Assembly (NCBI RefSeq): GCF_009914755.1
Contig: NC_060947.1
Source: the human T2T-CHM13v2.0 reference genome, Homo sapiens
Direction: 5' to 3' (one strand)
DNA length: 64,000 nucleotides
Of this stretch, positions 1 through 22,141 are shown in pieces (the stretch's first letter is position 1; every line of letters starts with the position of its first letter). The notes under the pieces were generated by a model that ran no database searches, was not told the origin of the DNA, and saw only the letters and a list, made by a program, of their open reading frames with translations. The translations under genes were made by a program, and so were the position numbers.

Positions 1-145
1 TGGCCGGGCACGGTGGCTCAAGCCTGTAATCCCAGCACTTTGGGAGGCCGAGGCGGGCAGATCACGAGGTCAGGAGATCAAGACCACCCTGCACAACATG
101 GTGAAACCCCATCTCTACTAAAAATACTAAACCCCGTCTCTATTA

Positions 146-346
<201 letters not shown>

Positions 347-645
347 TTAAAGCTGGACTTGAAAACCAACTTCCTAACAAGCTAAGAAACAAAAAAGTCC
401 CCTTCATGAAGCGTCCCTTAATTCCCTTCAATGAAGACAAGATATCTTCATCCAAAAATCATACATTTTTGTGTGTGCCTTTCTTCTGGCATTTATCACA
501 TTTTATCTTGTATTTTGGTCATATGCTTTCCTTATCTCCTTTACTAGATTTTGAATTATTTGATAGTCTATGAAGAGAATATACTCAGCTCCAAGGCCCC
601 AGAAAGATTCATTTTCCAGGGTAGCTTAAATCTTAGCTCTCATTA

Positions 646-1026
<381 letters not shown>

Positions 1027-3986
1027 TCAACAAAAAACAATGCCACTTCATTATATCAAGTAATTCCTGAAATTTAAGAATATTGAATTTTGAATTAATA
1101 GGGCCTTCTGCTATTTTTCCTTTAAAACTTGTAATAAATATTTAATGCAGTCAACATTAATTTTTTGTATTTTTAGTAGAGATGAGGTTTCACCGTGTTA
1201 GCTAGGATGGTCTCGATCTCCTGACCTCGTGATCCGCCCACCTCGGCCTCCCAAAATTCTAGGATTACAGGCATGAGCCACCGAGCCCGACCGTTTTTTT
1301 TTTTTGTTTGTTTGTTTGTTTGTTTTTGATACAGGGTTTCACTCCCATTCACCAGGCTGGAGTGCAGTGGGGTGAACATGGCTCACCACAAACTCTACCT
1401 CCTGGGCTCATGAGATTCTCCTGCCTCAGCCTCCCAAGTAGATGGGACTACAGGTGCATGCCACCACACCTGGTTATTATTTTTTTTTTGGTAGTTTTTG
1501 TAGAGACAGGGTTTTGCCATATTGCCCAAGCTGGTCTCGAACACCTAGGCTCAAAGCGATTTGCCTGCCTCAGCCTCCCAAAGTGCTGGGATTTCAGGCA
1601 TGAGCCACTGTGCCTGGCCCTGATTTTATTACCTTCTATTGAGAACAGACAGCTGTCAATAAAATTATCCTTGGAGAGTAACAAACAGGAGAAAGCCTTA
1701 AGTTCTCAATGACTCTGAAGAAGGCAAGGGTATAAAGACAGAGAGAAATGCAAACCAATCATGAGCTAATTAAAAATCTTTACCACCTCACTCTAAAAAG
1801 ATCTGCATATAAATTTGGGTAGCTTTAATATCTAATGTCTTCAAATGACCAGAAAATGTTGGCCTGCTTAACTGGTATCCTAACCACAGTCCAGCTGCTT
1901 CTGCACTGGGCTGAATTCTTAGCGCAGTCAGAGAATGCTGTTTCCAAGCCAGAGGCTCCCGCAGCCCTCACTTTAGCTTTGGTGTGCGTGTGTGTCTGCA
2001 CAGACACCACAGTGAGCACTCCGGGGAGCCTGGGGGACTCCCTCTGGCTTTGGTGTGCTTCAGTCTGCAGTCACACCACAATGAAGGCTCGCAGTTGAGG
2101 CTTTTAGTCTCACTTTCCACATTTCTGTCTAGGGCTGTTTAGAGATTTCTTGATATTTTACTTCCTTTCCCATATAAAATTTAGTGTGCATTTGTTTTTT
2201 TGCTTGTTTGTTTTTGTTTTTTTGAGATGAAGTCTCGCTCTGTTGCCCAGGCTAGAGTACAGTGGCGCAATCTTGGCTGACTGCAACCTCTGCCTCCTGG
2301 GTTCAAGCAATTCTCCTGCCTCAGCCTCCTGAGTAGCCGGGATTACAGACGTGCATCACCATGCCCAGCTAATTTTTGTATTTTTTTAGTAGAGACAGGG
2401 TTTCATCATGTTGGCCAGGCTGGTCTGGAACTCCCGACCTCAGGTGCTCCACCCGCCTCGGCCTCCCAAAGTGCTGGGATTACAGGCATGAGCCACCGCA
2501 CCTGGCCGCATTTGTTAAGGAATTTTTTAAAAAGGAAAGGAAGCTTCCATAGAAAATATCAGAGAAATAAAACAAAAAACAATCAAAAAAACAGGGATTG
2601 CCAAAAGACTCTTGATATTGGTATAGAATTTCCTATTCAAGAGCTAGTTTAAATAGGCTCGAGAAGGACTAATTCCTTTAGAAACCACCAGTATAAAAAT
2701 TAGTGGGGTTTTTTTTCTTTTTTTCTTTTTTTTTTTTTTTGAGACAGGGCCTCACTGTGTTGCTCAAGCTGGAGTGCAGTGGCGCAATCATGGCTCACTC
2801 TATTTAGCCCTTACCTTCTGGGCTCAAGCAATCCTCCCACCTCAGCCTCCCAAAGTATGCCACCATGCCCAGCTAAATTTTTTATTTTTTGGAGAGATAG
2901 GGTCTCACTATGTTGCCTAGGCTGGTCTCAAACTCCTGAGCTCAAGTGATCCTCCCACCTTGGACTCCCAATGTGCTGGGCGTGAGTCACTGCACCTGGC
3001 CAAAAAATGAGTCTTAAGATTTCACTAGAAGATTATTTATGTAAATAATAAAGAGGGCTTATAATTTATTCTGTTACTTCCAAATCCCAGTTCAAAATTC
3101 TGGATTTTAATTCTGAGATAGTTATTTATATGTATTTTTTTAACTTGTCAATGATTTGAAGCTCAGTTATTTATTTTTTTTTAAAAAGTATTTTCATTGA
3201 AAAATGAACTTCCTTCAATCTGTGATGTAGAAGGTATATTAATATAAGAAGTCTAATTCTTCCTTAGCTGGCTGTGCCTCTGAGTGCTTAGTAGAGACAT
3301 GATACCTTATTCTCTACTCATTCTTCCTTATCAGTGGGAGGAAGGGAATGTTCCAAGCGAACATAGGCAACATTTAATCGGCTATGTGGCCACTAAAAGA
3401 GATGAAAGGTGACAAGTTCTTACAATTACACAACTTCTTCCCTCTGTTGCTCATGTACTAGACAGCACAGAGAACGTGGCCTTTAGCTGGTAGCTAGTCC
3501 CCAACATACGATGGCTCACACCCTCAGCTGAGCTGAGAAGCCTGGGGGATAAACAGAAACAGCAGTGCTAAGGAAAGAACAGAACTCATGATAAGTGAAA
3601 AACCAAGAGGAAGAGGCTCTCAATTATGTCTTTTTCCTGGGAGCATAGTACATTCCCTTTGAATTCAGTTTCAATAAGACTTTTAAATAATACGCTACAC
3701 TTAGAGGAAACTAGGAATACAATATAATGGAAAATATGGTCTAAGACTACGGTGGAATGCATTGCATTTTATGGTCACCACTTATTTGGCCCTGCTGATA
3801 ATAACCAAATACTCAGAAGTTCTACTGCTCTACCAAGAAAGGTCACCTGAAAAATCTGAGCTGGAGACAGAACTAGAAGCAAACAGAAAAAGCAATAAAT
3901 CAACAGGGTTATCAAATATTTTACAAAACCCTAGAGAAACCACATATTTAAACCAAAAGGAAGATAATGAAAAAGATGCTCCTCAC

Positions 3987-4067
3987 CTTTTGAAAGTTCT
4001 CCTTCCACAAATCTTCTATGACTATATATCCTCGTAAACCCCAGTCATATAATCTCTCCCCACTGAC
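3987..4067 (-). CDS. APOO: APOO exon 7 ([27 protein letters not shown]); gene continues beyond the left edge
   Basis: 81 nt, ttaag|GTC...AAG|gtgagg, phase 0/0. No terminal exon seen in 1-3986. Confidence 0.96.
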
Positions 4068-4089
4068 CTTAAAACAAAATAGAAAAGAT

Positions 4090-4957
<868 letters not shown>

Positions 4958-5552
4958 ACTCCTACTCTGGGGACAGCCACATATGCTTCTCAACGAGCAA
5001 CCAAGTTCACCCTCTCCACTCTAGCTATTTACTGCTTAAACCATAACAGGCTGAAATAATGTTTAATTATTTTTATATCTAGGGCTGGAAGATGTTACTC
5101 ACTGTTCCTGACCTGGGGCTGGAGCAGGGACAGAAGCATTAACTATCTGCCTCCAGGACTGTTACAAACAATGTTGAGCAAATGCTGGAAAGTACTGGTA
5201 TTTGTCATCAAAGCCATCAAGCTCCCCAAGCTGGGGCCACTGGACTCTCACATACAACTGTAGCCCAATCAAGGAATCTGGATTCAATACTGTCATGAAC
5301 AACCAAGGAAGCTCAGTCTCAGGTCAGTCTGGCTCAGAGTCCAATTTGGGTGACTGCACTGCTGTCTGCTCCTGGAACTGAGTTTCCATGTGATGTGGTA
5401 GTTCCAGCAGCTAAAGTCCCTGTGTCCACAATCTGCCCAGGACCTCAAAACCTAGAGCCTGTCTTGTTCTTACCAGTTCCTGAGGGACACCATCTCTAGA
5501 GTCCCACTCACTCCAGATATCACCCTTTTCAGGCTACCTACTGGTCTCCATC

Positions 5553-5743
5553 AGTGGTTCTCAAACACCATAGGCATTAATAACAAACCACCGGAGGGCT
5601 TGCTAAAACACAGACTGCTGGCCCTTACTCCCAGAGCTTCTGATTCAGTCAGTCTGGGGTGGGGCCTGAGAGTTTGCATTTCTAACAAGTTCTCAGGTGA
5701 TGCTGCTGCTTCTGGTCTGGTAACACATTTTAAGAATCGGTGG
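5553..5743. mobile_element. MER5A-like hAT DNA transposon
   Basis: CAGTGGTTCTCAAAC terminus, GTCTGGGGTGGGGCCTGAGAGTTTGCATTTCTAACAAGTTCTCAGGTGATGCTG core. Confidence 0.8.
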
Positions 5744-6311
5744 TACAGCTTTATCCATGTTGCCTGCCACCGTGATAGACCTGCTTGCCAGGGTACCATA
5801 AGACTGAGGCTTCAAGGATAAGAAAGGAGCAGCCAACTGAAAGCCCCGAAAAGGGCACTCCAAGCAGAGGGGATTACAGTCCCCAAAGTCCCCAGCAAGG
5901 AAAGCAAGGGCACCAGTACTAGGGAGGAGTGGAAGTCAGAGTAGTCTGGGTCTACAATACCAACGAGAGCAGGTTGTGACCGGACATGCATAAACTGAGT
6001 GACCCATAATTATCAGCTTTGGAATTTGAGTCTCTAGACTTCCATGTAAGTATACAAAAAATGTATATTAAATTTTTGCTGATGAACATTCAAACAATCA
6101 CGCAAATTCGTGTTCAAATTCTGTGAACACTGGCATTACTGGAAGAAGGGCCAGAACTGAGGCATATAGTGGAGAAAATCATTTAAATTTTCTGTATTCA
6201 TCTATATGTACAAACAAATTTTAGTCTGGTGTTATAAGAACTGCAAAATAAAATAAAATTAAGCATCAGATTCATACACACACAAACAAGAATGAGGGAC
6301 ATCATGGATTA

Positions 6312-6476
<165 letters not shown>

Positions 6477-6904
6477 TTACCTTATCCATTTAATACGGAA
6501 CAAGGCCAGGCACAGTGGCTCACGCCTATAATCCAAAAGCTCTGGGAGGCCGAGGCGGGAGGATCACTTGAGGCCAGGAGTTTGACACCAGCCTGGGCAA
6601 CATAGTCAGATCCTGTCTCTACAAAGATTAAAATAAAAAAATTAGCCAGGCGTGGTAGTGTGTGCCTATAGTCCTAGCTACTTGGGAGGCTGAGGTGGGA
6701 GGATTCCTTGATCCCAGGAGTTCGAGGTTACAATGAGCTATGATCACACCTCTAAACTCCAGCCTGGGTGACAGAGCAAGACCGTGTCTCTTAAGAAACC
6801 CAAACAACAAAACCAAAATAACCCCACCACTGAATAAGATTTCTTTGGTCCTAAACTGAAAGAATGTGCCAAATAAAGTCATGTGCACCAAAACGCTTTT
6901 GCAC

Positions 6905-7510
<606 letters not shown>

Positions 7511-8177
7511 TTCAAAAGAACACCTTTTTTTCCCTAAGAGAGCAGAAAAAAAGATTATTTTAAAAATAAACAAATGAGTATTTTGGTTTCTAGGGTTTAT
7601 GTTCTTTTATAGCAATCTGGCTTCCTATATAAATACTAAACACAAGCGTTCTTCTTCTCCCCTTTCTGCAACCCCGTTAAAAAAACAGTAAGAAAAAACA
7701 TTAATAAACCCACAATGAAGAGAAAATGTGTGGAAGGGCCACTGGCAGAAAGGAAGTGTCAATCAATTTTCAGAAAATGGAGAGTGAACGGAAATAAGAG
7801 GACACACTGCCTTGAAATCTTGAAATCTTGAGGAGGAGTGCAGCCTCAGAGGGAGCAGATCTGTCCCAGGCAGCCCCAGGGAGATTCCAGATCCAGAGAT
7901 GGCAGGTACCATGGGGAGTGGAGATGGCAACCAGGGAGCAAGACAAGGGCACAGGACAAACGCAAGTCCGATGCATGGACCAGCATGGCCTTTCCTTCCC
8001 CTATGCCATCCCAGTACAAAACTACCCCTGGCCAGGAAGTCACACCAGTTCAAAATGTTAAAAAACCCAGTAAACCAGGGTTACTGGGTGTGGTGGCTCA
8101 CACCTGTAATCCTAGCACTTGGGGAGGTCGAGGCATAAGGATTGCTTGAGGCCAGGAATTGAGACCAGCTGGAGTAA

Positions 8178-8640
<463 letters not shown>

Positions 8641-8802
8641 TTAGGGAGACCACATCTCTACAAAAAATTAAAAAATTAGTAAGGTGTGGTGGCATGTGCC
8701 TGTGGTCCTAGCTACTCAGGAGGCTGAGGCTGGAGGATTGCTTGAGCCCAGGAGTTCAAGGCTACTGTGAGCTGTGTCTATGCCACTGCACTCCAGCCTG
8801 GG

Positions 8803-9217
8803 TGATAATTTGGATGTTGTTCTCTCTGAATCTCATGTTAAATTGTAATCCCCAATGTTGGAGGTGGGGCCTGGTGGGACGTGACCTGATCATGAAGGTG
8901 GATTTCTCACAGATGGTTTAACACCATTCCCTTGGTGCTGTCCTTGTGCAACAGTGAGTTCTCTTGAGATCTGGTTGTTTAAAAATGTGTGACACCTCCC
9001 CCACCTCTTTCTCTTGCTCGCACTCTTGCCATGTGAGACACCAGCTCCCCCTTTGCCTTCCACCATGATTGCAAGCAGCCCAAGGCCTCACCAGAAGCCG
9101 AGGAGATGCTGGTGCCATGCTTCCTGTACAGCCTGCAGAACTGTGAGCCAACTAAACCTCTTTTCTTTATAAATTACCCAGTGTTAGGTTATAGCAATGC
9201 AAGAATGGCCTAACACA
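8803..9217 (+). mobile_element. MaLR solo LTR (MSTA/MSTB-like) inserted inside an Alu
   Basis: TGATA...AATCTCATGTT...GGAGGTGGGGCCTGGTGGG...CAGCCTGCAGAACTGTGAGCCAA...CTAACACA. 5-bp TSD ctggg/ttggg. Confidence 0.85.
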
Positions 9218-9770
9218 TTGGGTGATAAAGCAAGATCCTGTCTCAAAAAAAAAAAAAAAAAAAAAAGAGTTAAAACAGTGGGGGCAGGGTATCACTAAAG
9301 AAACACCATGGATTTCCTGCTGAGAACCAAGAGAGCTGGAAGGGGTGAGTATGTCAGTGCCTGAGAGAAAAGCCCTCCTCACACTGGCCCTGGGTGCACC
9401 CTTGTATATGGTCACTTCCTGCCCAGCTCCCCTGAGGTAGAACCTGCCCGTCAGTGGGCCCCATGTACAGACAGGGAGTTCTTTTTTTTTTTTTTTTTTT
9501 TTTCCCGAGACGGAGTCTTGCTCTGTTGCTCAGGTTGGAGTGCAGTGGCGTGATCTCAGCTCACTGCAACCTCTGCCTCCTGGGTTCAAGTGATTCTCTA
9601 GCCTCAGCCTCCTGAGTAGCTAGGATTACAGACACCCTCCACCACACCCGGCTATTTTTTGTATTTTTAGTAGAGATGGGGTTTTCCCATGTTGGCCAGG
9701 CTGGTCTTGAACTCCTGACCTCAGGTGATCCGCCTGCCTCAGCCTCCCAAAGTGCTGGGATTACAGGTGA

Positions 9771-12420
<2,650 letters not shown>

Positions 12421-14486
12421 TATTAATGATTTACTGTTTCTCTCCTGATCCTGTTGCATGAATTGAAAGGGTATAATTATCCTAGAAGAGAAAAGCCTGT
12501 GATATCCCTGCATATGGCCCCTCCCCTGCCCCCATCCACTTGAAGCAGCTCACCCAAGTGAGGACCAGGGAAAGAGCAGCCAACCTGCCACCCAGTCATT
12601 TCTCACTCCTCCAGGGAGAGCCGAGAAGTGGCAGCTCTCGGGCCTCCAGCTCCTGCTGGTTCACACAATGAGCCAGAGACCCAAGAACTTCAGGAAGGAG
12701 GTGTAATCATACTCCCCTGCCCCCACCTCCATGCCCTATCTCCCAAGAGGCCAGTGGTACAGGTTGTCACTATCAGCACTGCCAGGGGCGGGGGGAACCA
12801 CTGGTGGCCAATGCTGGGGAGAGCCACCAGAAGGCAACAATAGTGTCAACAACCACGTGTCATCTTGGAGTGGTCTGGCTGGGCCCACTTCCTCTGAATG
12901 GACATCCATTCACCTCTCTGAGAGCCTCTTGTCACCACCACAGTTGTGGCAATCCTCAACAACTGAAGCAGACTACCTTAGCAGATACGCTCAAGAAACC
13001 CCACCAGGCCAGGCACAGTGGCTCACAACTATGATCCCAGCACTTTGGGAGGCTGAGGTGGGAGGATCACTTGAGGTCAGGAGTTCGAGACAAGCCTGGT
13101 CAACATGGTGAAACCTCGTGTCTACTAAAAATACAAAAATGAGCTGGGCATGGTGGTGCACGCCTGTAGTCCCAGCTACTCGGGAGGCTGAGGCAGGAGA
13201 ATCACCCGAACCCAGGAGGCAGGGTTGCAGTGAGGCTGAGATGGCGCCACTGCACTCCAGTCTCGGCAACAGAGCAAGACTGTCTCAAAAAAAAAAAAAA
13301 GAAACTCCTATCAGGAGGGACCTTCTGCACCCACCCACCCTGCTGCTGCCCTCAAAGGGGCCCATTCACCTGGAGGGGCCTGCAAACCATTCTGGCTACC
13401 CACAGACATCCCTATCACCCCACTCATCTTGCTTGGTGAACCCCTCTGATGCTGCTCACCTCAGGTCTTTCTATACCCAACGCTCAGGAGAAAAGACCTG
13501 CTATTGCACATGTGTGTGTGCGTGCCTGTGTGAATATTTGTGAAAAAGAATTAAGGTGTCAAATTATTTTAATACTACCAAGCTCTCCCCAGGAAAAGGA
13601 AGAAAAGAGACAGAACGAACAAACAAAATCAGAGGACTAGGACCCACTGTAGCAGATGTCCTCATGCTGCTGCTCTGGCCAGGAGAGCACCATCTCCAAT
13701 CCTCCTTAGGATGGTCATCCTAGTGGATGTTCCAGGGACAAGCTCTCGGCACTGTAGGAACGTACCCACAGCACAGAAAAAGTGCTTTCTTTGGACCTGG
13801 AAGATTTTCCCACATGCTCTAACCAGGAGAGGGAGGGGGAAGCTCCTCTCACTCACTTCTACATTCCTATCTCCCTAACGATAGCTGAAATCCCAACACC
13901 CTGGCCTTGGGATGTTCATCAATCTCAAACGCTATCTAAATAAGACCGAATGCTCTTCTGAACAGCTTTGCAAGAAATGAGGTGAAAGAAGTTTAGGGAA
14001 AAATGTTGGTTCATAAGTTGATTACAAAAATAAGCTGGAAATTTAATTCTGACATATTCTGCATGAGATGGGAGGAGGGCACAAAGACTGTGACATGAGT
14101 TGCTTCCACAGGTGAGCTGGTAGTGCCACCAGGGCAGTGTCTACCCTCCAGATTCAAAAATAACAGCCATTAGCTGGGTGCGGCAGCTCATGCCTATAAT
14201 CCCAGCACTTTGGGGGACACCAAGGGAGGTGGATGGCTTGAGTTCAGGAGTTCAAGAGTTCAAGAGTTCAGGAGTTCAGCCTGAGCAACATAGCGAAACT
14301 CCGTCTCTACTAAAAATACAAAAATTACCTGGGCATGGTGGCAGGCGCCTGTAATCCCAGCTACTTGAAAGGCTAAGGTGAGAGGATCACTTGAGCCCAG
14401 GAGGTCCAGGCTGCAATGAGCTATGATCACACCACTTCACTCCAGCCTGGGTGACAGAGTGAGACCCTGTCTCAAAAAAGAAATCA

Positions 14487-14777
<291 letters not shown>

Positions 14778-14794
14778 CTATCTCAAATTAAGCT

Positions 14795-14849
14795 AAACGA
14801 AACGAAACGAAACGAAACGAAACGAAACGAAACTAAACTAAACTAAAGT
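14795..14849 (+). repeat. Compound pentanucleotide microsatellite (AAACG)7(AAACT)3(AAAGT) in an Alu tail
   Basis: Read directly from the sequence. Confidence 0.95.
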
Positions 14850-14899
14850 AAAAGCTATTGCATGTAGAGGGAAGATTTTTTAAATTGGAGGAATAGGAC

Positions 14900-15592
<693 letters not shown>

Positions 15593-16242
15593 GGGACCAG
15601 AGTAGTCTCTATGGTTCTCTTTTACAGGGGTCTGATTACAGGATTCATAAACTTTCTTCATTAGGAATGATGGTAATGTCAGAATTTTATATCATAAACA
15701 TTTAGTTTCCAACTAGCAAAACTTCAAGTAGTTGATAACAAATTCATCTCATCATAGCAAAGTATTTTATTAGCCTTTATTTCCTATAGATATTTTATAA
15801 TCTAGCAGTATAGTAATATTTTTAAGTTGGCATTTGTTAGTATTTAAAGCATTTTTAAAGTTTTTGTCATCACTGACTGAAGGCATGACAAATCAAGAAG
15901 GTAATAAAATCTCTATTAAATCACTGCTCTATCTACTGTGATTAATATAGCTTGATCTTAATAGTGAAACGTTTAGAAACAGTTGATTTCTCAGGTGTGA
16001 AAGACTTTAAAATTTTGCTCTTTCTGTACCAAAGAACAACAGAGATTTGATCAAGTAAATGTGCCTATAAAGGATAACTTCTTTTTTTTACCAAGAGTAT
16101 ACAATTTCTATTTATGTTTAAAATCAAATATGATAACCATATCCATTATACATTAAGAAAGCCGTATTTAGGAACCAACTCATTATTCTGAAACCTGGTA
16201 AATGAAGGGAAAGAATGAAACATATATTCTATCTCTGCTTTA

Positions 16243-16413
<171 letters not shown>

Positions 16414-16612
16414 TCATTAAAAAACAAAACAAAAGTCTTATACAGTATATAATATGTATATATAGTATCAAGTGCTTTTCAAACCACATATTCTCTGCAT
16501 CCTGCTACTATACTTCTCTTCAACATACTCTTTTTATGTGACATATAAACAAGATTTACTATTCACATAGCAAGTGTCCAATTTTCTTTTCTTTCTTTTT
16601 TTTTTTTTTTGA

Positions 16613-16972
<360 letters not shown>

Positions 16973-17278
16973 TGAAAGCAACAGATCTGAATCAGCAATT
17001 TGCACAGGGAGGAATACAAATACAGGGATCCTTTGCTATTCAAACTCTTGTTATGGAAACACAAAAACAGAATAGATTTGGATAAATCTTTGGATAGATC
17101 TATTGCTATCTGAAGCTTTGCTGCTTGCTCTCTGAAACTCAGGAACCAAAAACAAGCTGTGAGTGGTGGCTCATTCCTATAAACTCAGCACTTTCCAAGG
17201 CTAAGGCAGAAGAATCATTTGAGCCCAGGAGTTCAAGGCTGCGGTGAGCTAGGATTGAGCCACTGCACTCCAGCCTGA

Positions 17279-17488
<210 letters not shown>

Positions 17489-17526
17489 TAGCTGGGCGTG
17501 GTGGCACGCTCCTGTAATCCCAGCTA

Positions 17527-17704
<178 letters not shown>

Positions 17705-18305
17705 TCATTACTCGAACAGAAGAACAGAATAAATTTGGATAATAAAGGAAACTTGTAATTTCACTCAGAAAATAGCCACTGTTGATCGCTGTTGATGGTG
17801 ATAGAATAAAAATAAATACAACATGTGACCTATTCATCATGACTGAACATGCCTTCTGACTTCATTCACATAATGCCTCGTCTCCTCTCCACTGAGCCAA
17901 TCCCACCTCATAAAAGCCAAGTTGAGTCCTACTTCCACACAAAAGCCTTTCCTAAGCTCATCAGTTCACACCTCTCTCCCTCCTCTAAAGTCCCATCATA
18001 TTTATTCTCTGTACCATCACTTGGTACCTAATCCTATAGTACCCTGTGTTTAATTATTCAGGTGTATATCTGGTGTCTCCCCAAGGAGAATGTAAGCTCC
18101 TTAATGATAGATTGCTTACACTTCTGTGTTATCTTCCCTCAGTGGTAATAATGGATGTTCATTCAATAGATATTTATTAAGAATGATGGCTGGGTGTAGT
18201 GGTTCACGCCTGTAATCCCAGCACTTTGGGAGGCCAAGGTGGGAGGATTGCTTGAGTCCAGGAGTTCAAGAACAGCCTGGGCAACATGGCGAAACCCTGT
18301 CTCTA

Positions 18306-19090
<785 letters not shown>

Positions 19091-19966
19091 TTAGCTAGGT
19101 CATGACTTACACAAAGCCCTCATGTCTCCTTCTCAATCTCATCTTCAGCACTCCCTATCTACTTAGGGTTCCTCAAACATCCAATACCAAGTCACACCTC
19201 TAAGCCTGATCATGCTGGGCCCAGTGTGCAATGCCTGCTTCCAGCAGTCCCACCCCCACATTTTGGAGTGGCTAACACTGCTCCTTCAAGATTCACTTCA
19301 GAAGTCCTTCCCTGACTGCTCCCACCTCCTCGATTTCAATTAAACTAATCTCCTTCCTCTGTACCTTCAATAATGGTCTGTGATTATCTCTGTATTTGCA
19401 CTAGTACTGAATAATATATTACACGCATCTCAGTGGTTGTGACCACTGTCTTAACCAATCTCAATTTTCGAGGCCTGGCAGAATGGTGACTTAAAAAATA
19501 TATACAGAACTGAACTAATAAACTGGAAAACTCAGCAATTCTGTCCCCTAAGTAATACCAGATACACGCCAGTTTTCCTTTTCCTGGGTTCTTTGGGAAA
19601 TGTGATCATTTTAAATACTACTATAGGACTTGTATTATGTTTGCATTAATTACTGTCTGGCCTGTTACTTATTTTGCCTTTAGCCTAGTTTTTACTTTCC
19701 ATCCTCTAGTCTGGGTCATTTGAGGCAATTTTTTACTTCCCTTTATTTTTGCCTACTAGCCCAGTGTTGCTCAATTCTAGATGTGTACACAGAGCAGTTG
19801 ACAGAGGGACACCCAGATGGCTCTGGTGAGCTGGGCCAAAGTGGGTAAATCACAAAGAAAGGGGAAAGAAGATATGTTTTAAGACTGTACGGAGTCTGGG
19901 CAAAAAAGTGAGACCCTGCCTCTACAAAAAGTGGAAAAAATGTGATGGCACATGCCTGTAATCCTA

Positions 19967-20104
<138 letters not shown>

Positions 20105-20231
20105 TCAGCCACACATGGACAGATAAAAGACTATATCAGGAGTTCTCTAGTTTCCTCGGATAAAAATGAAGATAATAAGGTATCTGTCAGCTTGTTATGA
20201 GAATTTATATATATATATATATATATATAAA

Positions 20232-20882
<651 letters not shown>

Positions 20883-22086
20883 AATAAATTGGTATTTGTA
20901 AAGCACTTAGAATAGTACCTGACATATAAGTCTTAAATAAGTGTTTATGAAATTAATAAAATTAAGATGTTACTTATTAACATGCCTTAATAATTTAAAG
21001 AACCAGTAGGGGGCCAGGTACGGTGGCTCACGCCTGTAATCCCAATATTTTGGGCCGAGGCGGGCAGATCACTTGAGGTCAGGAGTTTGAGACCAGCCCG
21101 GCTAACAAGGTGAAACCCTGTCTCTACTAAAAATACAAAAACTAGGTGGATGTGGTGGCACACGCTTGTAATCCTAGCTACTCGGGAAGCTAAGGTGGGA
21201 GAATCGCTTGAACCTGAGAGACAAAGGTATCAGTGAGCTGAGACTATGCCACTGCACTCTAGCCTGGGTGACAGAGTGATATTTTGTCTCAAAAAAAAAA
21301 AAACAAAAAACCAGTAGGCAGCTATTGTTATGTTTGTCTTCAAACGATAAATTTATCTGACAGTCTCAGAAATATCAGGACATCAATACACCATGGTGAT
21401 CTTACCAAAGAAACTGTACTTATGTTTATTTTGTTCTATCATGGAAACAAACCCTTGTAAAAACAAGATTTTGTTTGCGAGATGCCTAATAAGGGGAATG
21501 AAATATGATCGGTATCTTTATTAATTTACCAGTTTCTGATTAAGATTAGTCAGAACATGGACTGTGAATCCAGTTTGTGAGTGTATGTGATAAGTGGCCC
21601 ACAACTGAAAAATAATCAAGGAAAATAAAACCAAATGAAAAAAAAGTAAGAACACTATCAATTATGCAGTAAGACCTTTTATAGGAGTACCAACTCAGCT
21701 CCTTCCTGCTTCAAAACTTCTAGAGCATCTATTAATTGCAATGCAAATGAGCTATTCCGATTCAGAAAATCTATTGATGAATTAGTATGGTGTATTACGC
21801 TGCACCTAGAAATGAGATTTCTTTTTTTTAAAGCAGTGTATCTGTACTTGCTAGCCCAAGAATCCTAACGATCTTGAAGAGACTTACCTGACTATTTGGG
21901 GACACTAGTTGCCTGAAATCTGATGAAAACAACAGCTCCTCTTCCCAGAAAAATCCACATAGCTCTAAAATTCTGCATATAATTTTAAGGAATACACAGA
22001 TTTCTTGGAGCTCATTCATGGAACTCCGATTAAAGAGTTCAATGTTAATGAAGTAGCTGATTATGCCTAATTTAAAATCAACTTAC

Positions 22087-22141
22087 CTAACCCCCATTGA
22101 ACCAAACTTTGCATCTTGGGCTTAGTTTGGGAGTACGTTTC
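22087..22141 (-). CDS. APOO: APOO exon 4 (ETYSQTKPKMQSLVQWGL/D)
   Basis: 55 nt, ttttag|GAA...TTA G|gtaagt, phase 0/1. Confidence 0.97.

Noticed and set aside
3762-4037. 91-aa plus-strand ORF (similarly 26499-26783)
   Set aside because: Antisense or off-frame overlap with real APOO exons; no independent support.
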